A stretch of DNA of 63,997 nt, filler included, from Diploschistes diacapsis (Eukaryota): assembly GCA_023645945.1 (NCBI GenBank). It is 8 parts of 8 records of this genome, joined end to end, with 100 filler letters (N's around TTAATTAATTAA, not from the genome) between each part and the next. Parts side by side here need not be neighbours in the genome. Positions count along the whole stretch, not along the records: positions 24,255 to 32,222 come from JALAIB010001216.1; positions 32,323 to 40,287 come from JALAIB010001217.1; 6 more parts are not named here. One strand, 5' to 3'. The position numbers were made by a program, and so were the translations under genes. Under the pieces are notes generated by a model that did not search any database, was not told where the DNA came from, and saw nothing but the letters and a program-made list of their open reading frames with translations. Below are positions 24,257 through 34,720 of this stretch, piece by piece. Position 1 is the stretch's first letter; every line of letters begins with the position of its first letter.

Positions 24257-27200
24257 CTAGCCTTCCCCCCGCTCCCCTCTTCCGCGCTTCATCTTCCTCC
24301 GAATCTCCAAGCTTCGCCGGAAATCGATCTCCTTCACGCTCTGTCCCTGCTCCAGCATATGCTCCCCACTCACAATGCACAGCACCGTCATGCCCTCCTC
24401 ATAGCGTAGATCATGCAGCAGCTTCGGCGTGACGAGGAAATACTGCGAGCCGCTTGCGCTGCCCAGATCCACCCTTCCCCTTTCCCTTCCCCTTTCCCTT
24501 TCCCTTTCTCTGCCTCTTCCCCCTGCCCTTGCCACTTCGCCACCGGCCACCGCATCCTCCTCCTCTCCATCCGCATCCGCCGAAACGTTGGCCCGTGCAT
24601 CGACATCCACCTCCTCCTCGTCATAATCCCCGTCTCCCTGCGCATCACCGGTCGTGTCCCTCGGCAGCTCGAGCTCAAAGTCGGGCCTCCACTCGTCGCG
24701 GCCTGTGGCAATGGTAACCATGCGTGCATGCACCAGGCGCTCGTTGCGCGGGTCCATGCCCTGATTAATCTCGTCGACGACGCGGAAGGGCGATCGGGTG
24801 AGGGACTGGAGAGACATGAGGTAGAATATTGTTGAGACAGCGCGCTCGCCGCCGGATTGGCGGTGGGCGTCGAGGCGGGTGAGGGGTTCGTGTTCTCTAG
24901 ATTAGTGGTGTGGTTAGCGCTGGCCCGGAGAAGGTATGGGAGGATGATGCGCGGAAAGTTAATGCGGGAAGATGCAAAGCAACGGAACGATGAGATATAG
25001 GAAAGGATAATGTTGCTAAAAAGGAGATGAGCGAGGAAGGATATGATTGGTTCAAAGCGAGAAAAGACCGAGTATGCGACCCTGTGTGTCACCGACTCCA
25101 GTATTACTTCGACGGTCTACAGCTTGGATATGACAGAGCATACGTAGGTAATACCTGTTTTATCCGCTGTACCATGCGCAAGCCGCACTACAACGAAGCC
25201 GAAGACCCATTCTTCAAGGCTTGGGATTTGCGACACCAAGGACACAACCCATATCTCCTCTGTAAAGGCAAACATCGCAGGTCATACACAACGCTTGTAG
25301 TAGAATAGGGGGCAAAGGAAAAAAAGAGAAACTCACCGAAACCGCACGTGGATAATGATAGCCCATTGGTCAAAGTCCTCTTCCTTCTGCACCCCAACCT
25401 GACCATTACAGCTGATCTGCGCCATATTGTACGAGAAGCTCGAGCTGATCCTCTTCACCAGCTCGTCCAGCCTCGGCTCCCACTTCTGCCTCACGTCCGT
25501 GATCTTCTGTCCAATCTCTTGGAGCGCGCCAACGATTCTCTCCAGCTTCTCCTTCATCTTCGCAATCTTCTTCTCCCGCTCCTCATATTGCACGATGACG
25601 TTGCTATCCCCACCATGCATGAGGTCAAGCCGCGCGCGCTCCGCGTCGATCTCGCCCTCCAGCTGGTCAATCGTTTGACTTTCGTCAAAGGAATCGAAGA
25701 ACTCGCTCAGCGCTTCGTTGGCTTCGGCTTTGAGCTTTTGCACGGCTTCGTAAGCCTTTTTCGCTTCGGTCTTGGCGACCTGCATTGTGTTATTGAGCCC
25801 GTCGACTTCGGCGCGCTTGGCTTCGAGCTGTTCCTTGATTTCGAGGTTGTTGCGCTCGAGCGTCTCGACGTCGGATCGAGCTTCGATGAGCATTATGTCG
25901 GCTTCTTGGAGGGCTTCATATGTCTGCTGGAGAGATTCGACGGACGAGGCGAAGTCAAGAGCCGCTCGGGCTTTGTCGAGCTTGGTGTCGTCCTGCTTGG
26001 TTTGGAGGTCTTCGAGCCTCGCTCGCACGTTGTCCAAAGTTGTTTGATTCTCCTTTCGTGTCTCTTCCTGCCGGGCGATTCGTACTGGCAACGCGTTGAA
26101 GCTTTTAGCTGCCGCCTGTTTGGCCTCTTTCTCCTTCGTCAGCTCCTTCTGCTCGTCCTCAATGTCGTCCCTCTTCTTCCGCAGGCCCTCTAGTGTATTC
26201 TTGAATTCTTGTACCTGGTTTTTCATATCTTTAATACTGTCCTGCCATGTGTCGATCTTTTGCTGGAGCTCCTGTTTCAAGCTCATGTCGACCGGTTGGT
26301 TTGTCCAGACTTGTGCCTTTCGAATGTCTCGCACCGTTGTCGAGACTGCTCCGGGACCGTACTCCCTTCGCCGATTGATTCTGTACATAGATCGGCCCGT
26401 GATCCATTGAGGTATCGGACTGTCCTGTAGCTGCTGGAATTTTTCCGCTGAGATGTCTTGAAGTGCGACGCCTGTCCTGTGGAGAGCTGCAGCCTCACAC
26501 AGCATGGCCAGTACTGGTTCAGGACCTTGCAAGTAGTCTAGAGCCCAGCCATCAAAGCCTAGATCTTTTCTCTGCTCGTCACCCACCGGTGGCTGAAACC
26601 TCGACAAGGGGAACGCGCATCTTGTGTTGGTCCTGCCGCATCTAAGCTCATTCTTCACGATATTATGCAACTTCTTCTGGTCATCCTTTGTCTGCGCTGT
26701 GAGCGTGATCATATCTCCCTGTTGTATGAGGGTCTCGACCAAGTCGACATATCCAGGGTCCTTGACCGAGCATTCCACAATCGGCGGCCCCAGTATCGGC
26801 TTTTCGAACAGGTGCTGGTTCTTCTTTACCCACTGCCAGGCTTTCCAGGTGTCTGGTCCGATTCTGCGCAGTTTCGCCTCCTGCTGACCAGCTTGGGAAT
26901 CAAGACCTTCAATCTCTCTTGTCGCCTGGCCTATCTTGAGACTTGTTTCTCTTACAGACTTATCTAGATTGGTCATCTGGATTCTGATATTCCCGCCTTC
27001 TTCTGTCAAGCCCCTCAACTTACGCTCGTTCTCGCGCTTCGCCTCGTCAATTGCTTGTGGCAAAGGGAAGTGGACCTGTGGCTTACCAATTGCTCGTTGC
27101 ATCTAGAAACATCAAAGTCGCTGGGCCCCTTCTCTACTTGACGCTGTAGGCCTAAAATGACGCCCTCCACTCGCTTGAGATCAGCTCTGGCGTTCTTTGC

Positions 27201-28452
27201 AGCATCCTTCTCACGCTTCATTTGACGGTCGAATTCGGCGACTTGATTCTGCAGATCCTCGATCCTTTTCTCTTTGGTCTCTGCAGACCGCTCGGCATCC
27301 TTGACAAATTTATTTCGATCTTCTCGGGCTGCTCTGATCGCATCATGGTAGGCCTGCTTCTCATTTACGGCGCGTAAGGTCGGCTCAACGCTCGCCTCTA
27401 GATTTCTAAGGTCCCTGCCGGCGTCTACCCTTCGCGTTTTGGCCTCCTTGTACTGGCTATGCCTTGCTACATACGTTGCAACGGGTCTCATGGCCTCCAA
27501 TAAGCGAATCTTCTCCTTGACTTCTTCCCTCTCTCGTAGTCGCTGCACGTCACCCTCCTGCATCCGCTGCCGATTTTCCAGATTTGCGAGGGTCTCGCGA
27601 TCCGCGGCGTTCTCGTTCTCCACTTTTCGCTGGGCTTGGCGCATGCTAATTAGGCTCTCGTGCCATTCGATCATCTCCTGCGACGCAACAGCTCTCTGTG
27701 TAGACTTTAAAAGTTCGATCGGCGACATGGCGGCAAACTCGACGACCCTATCTTGGGGCAGAAACTGGCAAAGATTATCGATTTGTATAGAAAACGACTT
27801 GGCGACCTCCAAGACCTGCTTCCTGTTCGATGGCTTCCCGTTAAGCGTCCACAGACTCTTGTTCCCCTCGCGCTTGATTATGCAGCGAATGACAGGGTTC
27901 CGCTTGAATTTTTTGCCGTCGCGACATAGCTCAATCTCAATCATCGCCTCGTGCGCGCCATGCTTGACAAACTCTGATATCTCTTTTGCGCGGCCCAGAT
28001 GCTGCGGCCCGTTAGCAATGCTCCTCGATTGAGCCCTTCTGCTGACTTACTTGTGGGCCCCAACCCAACCCAAGACATATTGCGCAAACAAGCGTGCTCT
28101 TTCCTGTTCCGTTTGGCCCTATCACCATATTCAGACTTGGGCCAGGGAAGAACTCGCCGGAAGCGTAGGTAACGAAGTTTTCCAGCTTGACCCGAACAAT
28201 TGAGCCGGGTCGATGCACCAGCGGTGCCTCTGGTGCGTCGCCATTCGCGGTAGACGGTCTTTGGGCAATCTGAGGCCGGCGACTGTCTGCCGGCTGAGGT
28301 TGGCGTAGCGCAGAGCTGGTGCCTTTGCTGAGGTTGTGTCGCGCCCGTTTGCTGCTGCGAGAATCATCCGAGGGCGGTGTCGAGATGGGTCCGTCCTGAT
28401 CTTCTGAGCTTTCGTCTCTGGGTCGCCGCAACGGCGTCACGAATGAAGGCAT
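24257..28452 (-). CDS. SMC5: Structural maintenance of chromosomes protein 5, 4 exons
   Basis: Walker A GPNGTGKSTLVCAICLGL; NLCQFLPQDRVVEFA; QSGGERAVSTIFYLMSLQ; PFRVVDEINQGMDPRNER; SQYFLVTPKLL. Introns 28002-28050, 27037-27086, 24897-25336. Confidence 0.96.
25053..25301 (-). ncRNA. Candidate structured RNA in SMC5 intron 3 (unassigned)
   Basis: Multiple nested stems found by eye, with G-U pairs that form only on the pre-mRNA strand; see findings. Confidence 0.5.
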
Positions 28453-28530
28453 AGCGCCTAAGCTTTTGAGCGTCGCAATGTGGAGGTGTCAGAATAATTT
28501 GGACAGTAGTGCTCAGTCTAGGTGATAAAA

Positions 28531-28536
28531 ACGCGT
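28531..28536. promoter_or_regulatory. MCB-like element (ACGCGT) about 80 bp upstream of SMC5
   Basis: Exact MluI box with nearby CGCG cores; fits MBF control of DNA-repair genes (inference). Confidence 0.4.
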
Positions 28537-28786
28537 TGAGCAAGCGCGACGGGCTTGGCGCGTGTAAGACACCCGGGAACGGGCTTTAGTGGATCTCAAT
28601 CCGGCCTATCATGGCCATCACTCAATCATTCAGCACCGATATACTTCACAGGTGATTGTATTCTAAATAAGATTTTCTACGACAGCAGTCTGTTCCGCAG
28701 GCACAAGATCACTTTACAGTCTTGCATGCACTGACAACTAATTATCTTGCCTCAATCCACATGTTTTACACTGGTGGTCCCCTTCT

Positions 28787-30690
28787 TTATTTCTTCTCCT
28801 TCGGGCTGACCATAAGTTCAGGGCGAACGTGGGTGTCAAAATCCTCCTCGCTCAGTGCTTTAAGCTCCATTGCGCTCTCCTTCAGGGTTAAGCCCCTCTT
28901 ATGGGCGTTCTTGGCGACCTTCGATGCCTTATCGTATCCAATCACTGGGTTGAGGCAAGTTACAAGCATAAGGCTGGAAAAGTCAACCAAAGCCCTGGCT
29001 AAAGTGGACTTTAGTGTACGTACCTTTCATGTAGCAAAGTAGCAATGCGCTTCTCGTTGGCCTCGAGACCCTCGAGTAAGTTCTTCTCGAAACTGACCAT
29101 GGCATCGCTCAGAATGCGTGAGCTGTGAAGAACATTGTGTACCATTAGTGGCTTGAAAACATTCAGCTCGAAGTTACCGTTCATTCCCCCTATGGAGATG
29201 GCTGTTTGATTCCCCATAACCTGTGCGCAGACCATGGTCATGGCTTCACATTGCGTTGGGTTGACCTTTCCAGGCATGATGGAGCTTCCCGGCTCATTCT
29301 CGGGGAGACTAAGTTCACCCAAACCACAGCGAGGCCCGGATCCTAGGAACCGAATATCTTGGGCAATCTTGAACAGCGAGCAGGCAAGGGTGTTCAGGGC
29401 GCCATGGGCTTCAACCATAGCATCGTGAGCTGCAAGGCTCTCAAACTTGTTGGGCGCAGTCTTGAAGTCTTTCCCAGTCATCTTCGAGATTTCAGCAGCA
29501 ATGGCCTCAGCGAACCCCTTGTAGGTGTTGATGCCAGTTCCAACAGCTGTACCTCCTTGGGCCAGATTACGTAGACGAGGCAGAACAGACTCTACCCTCT
29601 CAATGCCGTATGTAAGCTGCTGGGTGTATCCAGAAAACTCCTGACCCAGGGTAAGGGGTGTAGCGTCCTGGAGATGGGTCCTGCCAATCTTGATGATACG
29701 TTCGAAAGATTTCGACTTGGCATCCATGAGATTGCGTAGTGAAGTCAATGCTGGAAGTAGAACATCCTCTAGTTCTAAGACAGATGCAATGTGCATAACT
29801 GTAGGAAAACTATCGTTTGATGAAGCAGACATGTTCACGTGGTCGTTAGGGTGAACAGGCTTCTTACTACCCATCGTTCCATCTAGGATTTCAATAGCAC
29901 GATTGGAGATCACCTCGTTGGCATTCATGTTGGACTGAGTACCTGATCCAGTCTGCCATACAACCAAAGGAAAGTGGTCGATAAGCTTGAGGGAAGCTAC
30001 TTCTTCAGCTGCTTGGACAATGGCATTGCCAATTCTGGGATCTAAGGTCAGTTTAGCACCGAGCCGTGGTTATACGCTAACAGCTATTCGGAATACCTAG
30101 CCCAAAACCCATATTGACCTTAGCTGCAGCCCCTTTGAGGATGCCGAATGCTTTGACGACCGGAGGGGGCATGCGGTCTTGCGGTTGGTTGATCTTGAAG
30201 TTCTCTAAAGAACTGCTCTCGTAAGCCCCATGGCCCCAGTAATGTAGGTTAGGAGGCCAGTTAGTCGTCATACCGTTCGGTCTGAGCGCCCCAGTACCGA
30301 TCCTCTGGAACCTGACTTCTCTTAGTAGCAATTATCTGTCTCTACCGGGCAGTGGCGTACCTGGATCTCGCCGAAAGCATCGCTTTCCGTACGAGTTTGA
30401 GAAGCCTAAGCAACATTAGACGAACTTCGCTAATGCTATGTGACCAAGGTTTCGGTATATCAGGTGTTAACGCCTCTACCTACCATGATGGAACTTGACG
30501 TGAAAGCTCTCGATTGTCTTAATGAAAGTACAAGGTGCCTTGAGGTGTGATAAATTCTTTCTTTAGGGAGAAAGAAACTCGGCAACGGAAAAGGAGAGAA
30601 TGACGCTGGGGAAGACTTCACAAGCTGTTTGGAAGACCGAGGCAAGCTTCGCGGCTTGGTGGCCTGCAACGCTAACGCGCGAGACATCAT
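28787..30690 (-). CDS. FUM1: Fumarate hydratase class II with mitochondrial presequence, 6 exons
   Basis: [61 protein letters not shown] signature. Confidence 0.97.
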
Positions 30691-32222
30691 TTTGAACTGT
30701 AATAAGATATTTCAATCGATAGGTTTGGCAGTAAGTATTTACACAAGGAAGCTACAACGCAACGAGAACGCTCAAAAATCAGAAAAAGTATTGCCAAATC
30801 TAGAAACCTCCAGCTAAGTCCAACTAGTAGCACATAAGTACTGGTGAATCTTTTTATTCACCGGAGTATTCCTGAAAAGGAGATAGGAAGGGAGAAACGC
30901 TAACATCTGAACATGATAGCTGGAATGAAGGAAAAACTGTAGCGCCGAGTTGTCTTAGCTGCTCTTGGCCACGTGCACTGCACGGTGAAATACATTTTCC
31001 GAGCGAAGCACTAGGGCTGTCGCTTCGCAAAAATCTCTTTACTTTCTAGTAACGTTGTTCTTATAATCAGCCTTAAGTAATAGCTGAATGAGACTCTCGA
31101 AGAATCTCTGTCGGCGGTAGGAGAGCAAATATGCGTTGTTGTTGACGCGTTGCTGGATCACACAGTGTTATTCCCATGGTTTCACATCTAGGAAGCTGAT
31201 GGGTAATTTAGTCATAACAAACCCAGTTCTGCGGATCGTCCTTCGCGAGAGCCACCTCCCACCGCCAAATAGTCTTGTGATAGGCCTCTACGCCTCCTAA
31301 TAAGCTACTACTTCCTGACTGGAGGTACCGGTACCTGGAAGTTGTGGCCATGGGCGGTGGCAAATATCGCGTCGATCAGGTTGGTGGCGCGAAGACCGAT
31401 AATGCGAAATCTCGTGATTTTCAAGCCTGCTATAGAATCTGCGGAGTCGCGTGATTGGCAAGGAAAAGTGTCATGTCATACGGGAAACGATACTCGGGTG
31501 TAAGCCTAGGATAGGTATCGATCTTGTGCAGGCAGCACAGTTCTGCAGCCTAAGCTGCACATCACGCCTCCTCCGAAGCTGAGCTTCATGAAGTACACCA
31601 CTTGTCCACTAGTATATTGTGAACAGCTTGAGAGGCTGAGTTCGCGAGATGGGGAAACCGCCCGGGAAATCTTTAAGAGCGGAGCAGCAATTCAGAACAG
31701 GTTACGATTTATTCTAGGATCCTAACGAAGCTGTTCAGACTTCAAGGGAGCTCAAGATCTATCTGGAGGTAGATAGTATTTGACCAACTTTGCTAGCTTA
31801 AATAGTGACTTTGTTTCACTTGGATGCGGAATTGTTGCAAAGCATTTTTGCCCGTGGCATCATCGGCACAGAGAGCTAGCTTTACAGAGGGGAAATTTGG
31901 AGAATACATTGCAGTATCTACAGTAAATGTCAACTGGATAAGTTTGAGGCGGAGTGGCAAATAAAAGCCACCACAGTACATTCTCTTGTGGGGTGAAGTG
32001 CACGGGAGCACCTTCTCAGGTATGACTCAAGTTCGAAAGCAGCAAAGCCAAAATTCAAGTTATTATTCAAATAGTGTGATGATTCGGTACTAGGCAGCTA
32101 GGAAGACTTGGCAGTTTTATTTCCACCAATCAACTCGACTATAATTCCATTACATAATCTGTATATGACTCACAGTGATTCGCAGAACAACAGTCGCTGG
32201 AGGACCCCCAGGACCCCAACAC

Positions 32223-32322
32223 NNNNNNNNNNNNNNNNNNNNNNNNNNNNNNNNNNNNNNNNNNNNTTAATTAATTAANNNNNNNNNNNNNNNNNNNNNN
32301 NNNNNNNNNNNNNNNNNNNNNN
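32223..32322. other. Artificial contig spacer 4
   Basis: N44-TTAATTAATTAA-N44. Confidence 0.98.
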
Positions 32323-32475
32323 GACCGGGGGGGTAAGGGTGGAGCAGATGTACTAACTCCAATTTACGGGAAACGGAGGTACACATGCAGACTATATCGA
32401 TCCAAGTGGGTATCTTATGCCCCCTAAGCGTACACCGTACCCCCGCAGAAGATCTCACACCAGACCACTGCACCC

Positions 32476-33384
32476 CTATATCTCCTCCCACTTCTCGCCC
32501 ACCAACCTCTCATAAACTTCCCTGTACCTTCCCCACGTCTGTTCTACCACATCAACAGGCATCTCAACTCCCTCCTTCCCCTCCAAACCCTCTCGCACCA
32601 GCCAATCCCGGAGCCCCTGCTTATCGAAGCTCTTCTGGGCTCTACCGACTGTGTAGTCCTCACTCGGCCAAAAGCGCGATGAGTCCGGCGTCAAGACTTC
32701 ATCGATGAGGACCACCTCATCCGTCTTCTCATCGAGCCCGAATTCGAACTTGGTGTCCGCGATGATTATTCCACGTTCGGCGGCATATGCCCAGGCGACT
32801 CTGTAGATTTGGAGACTGAGCTTCTCAATGGTTTTGGCGTGCTTTGCCGAGCCGATTAGCTCTGGAATCTTCGAAGGGTGCACATTTTCGTCATGCTCCC
32901 CAGGTGGAGCTTTGATGGATGGGGTATACAAAGCTTCGGGGAAGGCTGCTGATTCTTGCAGGTCCTTGTCAACCGGGATGGAATGGACGGTACCCTTTGC
33001 TTTGTATTCCACCCAGGCGGATCCGGTCATGTATCCGCGCACAATTGCTTCGACAGGAAAGGTCTTCAGTTTCCGTACTTGCATGCTCCGCCCAGCGAAT
33101 GCGGATTTGAGGTGGTCCGGGATCTGCGGCGGAAGGTCGGTCGTGATGAAGTGGGTTCGGAGACTGGGAATGGCGGCGGTAAGAACCTTAAACCAGTGGA
33201 CGGAGAGAAGGGTTAGGAGGCGGCCCTTGTTGGGAACGCCATTTGTGAGAGTGACGTCATAAGCCGATATGCGGTCCGTCGCAACGAAAAGTAACGTGTT
33301 AGCGTCAATGATATATAGGTCCCGCACTTTCCCGCGTGCCGTCAGGGGAAGTGCGCCGTTCAGGGAAGAAGTTGTCAGGGTCAT
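32476..33384 (-). CDS. ADE1: SAICAR synthase
   Basis: RGKVRDLY; ATDRISAYD; IIIADTKFEFG; DEVLTPDSSRFW; SFDKQ. Intronless, 302 aa. Confidence 0.97.
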   Translation of the reverse strand: MTLTTSSLNGALPLTARGKVRDLYIIDANTLLFVATDRISAYDVTLTNGVPNKGRLLTLLSVHWFKVLTAAIPSLRTHFITTDLPPQIPDHLKSAFAGRSMQVRKLKTFPVEAIVRGYMTGSAWVEYKAKGTVHSIPVDKDLQESAAFPEALYTPSIKAPPGEHDENVHPSKIPELIGSAKHAKTIEKLSLQIYRVAWAYAAERGIIIADTKFEFGLDEKTDEVVLIDEVLTPDSSRFWPSEDYTVGRAQKSFDKQGLRDWLVREGLEGKEGVEMPVDVVEQTWGRYREVYERLVGEKWEEI

Positions 33385-33850
33385 GGTGACGGGTGGTTGC
33401 TGATCGATAGTTCGATGAAAAGGGCTAGAAGTGGAGTGATATGAGTCGGAATGTTGATGTTGGTGGATGAAGAAAAAAAGTTATGGAAGTGAGTGAGTGC
33501 TCTTATATAGATAGATATAGTAAGGAACCGAAGGTGAACAGTGTACAAGAAGTGCGGATTGAAATAGGTCATGTGTAGAAAGGTTCAAAGACATTACTTA
33601 TACATTGACACAGAAAACGTGTTACTTCTGGTCAAAGAAAGAAGCAAAAGTATAGAGAAAGTCTATCATCTCTATTTGGATGTTTGAAGCACACACAATT
33701 TGCTGTAAGACACGCCATTGGACTATTGAACGCTTGTTGATGTGCTACAGGGATTCTTCCACGCAACTCAAACCCCCACATTCAACCTTTTTTTTTATTT
33801 TCCTGCAGCGGAAGGCTTTCCGAAGGCTTTCCGATAGATGCTGCCTTTTG

Positions 33851-33923
33851 ATTGGCTCGATGGTGCATGACGTCAGAGAGCTTTGATGACGTCAAAGAGG
33901 GCTCTGATTGGTTGAGTCACGTG
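33851..33923. promoter_or_regulatory. Dense motif cluster in the divergent ADE1 / Ppc89-like intergenic region
   Basis: ATTGG at 33851 and 33907; TGACGTCA at 33868 and 33887; TGAGTCA at 33913 overlapping CACGTG at 33918. Confidence 0.5.
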
Positions 33924-34720
33924 TATGCGGCTCAACTTCTGCGGTTCATATTCATATTCATATCCAATCTATGGACATGAACTTCGAAGTTGCTTGTGTG
34001 CCATGTCGACCATGTGAACGAGCAAAAATATATTACTCCAACCAAAGGGACTGACTTGGGTGCGCTTTTGACGGGATAAGGGGTGATTGTTAAGAGTTCT
34101 CACCCAATCCCCCACGTGCATGGGAGAAGAGGCTGGTGGAAGAAGGACCAGATAATCTTTGAAAAACAGAGCAATCAAAGTAGAAGCCTGGGAGGCGTTG
34201 CCTGAAAGAGCTCACTCAATATAAGGCTTTCTTTTACTTCATCCCAAGGCGCTTGGGGAGGAGACTTCTGGGTCCGTATGGAAGTTCAGGCAGAAAATAC
34301 ACAAAGTTGTGAAATTCATAATAATCTTTCTATGTGAGAGATTTGGCCAGCATCGGTTGATGGAGTGATTCGTGCACTTCGCGTTCTTCCATTGGCTCAC
34401 ACCAAAAGTTTCCGCAAAAGATTTGTGATTGGCTGGATCTTTAACTCCGCGCTCCGAAGTAAACAAAGCTGTCCGAATTTCTGTATCATACACGCGATGA
34501 TATACACAAATACTTGTGCAATCGCTTCTCATCTCGTCGCTTTGGCCTCGGATTTCAAGCTACCTTTGCGCATACTATCTATCTCATGATACTCCTCCAG
34601 TAATAGCTTCTAGTAATCTTCGGCTCTGTCGACAACGTGCATCGCGCTTTCCCACAGCCTCTTCAGCGGGTTGCTGCTCGACAGCATACTACCTGTTGAG
34701 CTCGAAGCCTTGTCGCCGAC

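Noticed and set aside
25259..25272. U5 snRNA loop-I-like GCCTTTAC (minus strand)
   Set aside because: One U short of the invariant GCCUUUUAC, weak closing stem and no clear Sm site.
25027..25308. 93-aa antisense ORF nested in the SMC5 intron
   Set aside because: No recognisable motif; the region is better explained by RNA structure on the opposite strand. Not fully excluded.
31085..31500. Short frames such as EQICVVVDALLD resembling an NTPase Walker B
   Set aside because: Too short and interrupted; no Walker A or other support.
32023..32172. Two TGACTCA sites close to ADE1
   Set aside because: Separated from ADE1 by a spacer and on its 3' side; the target gene is unknown.
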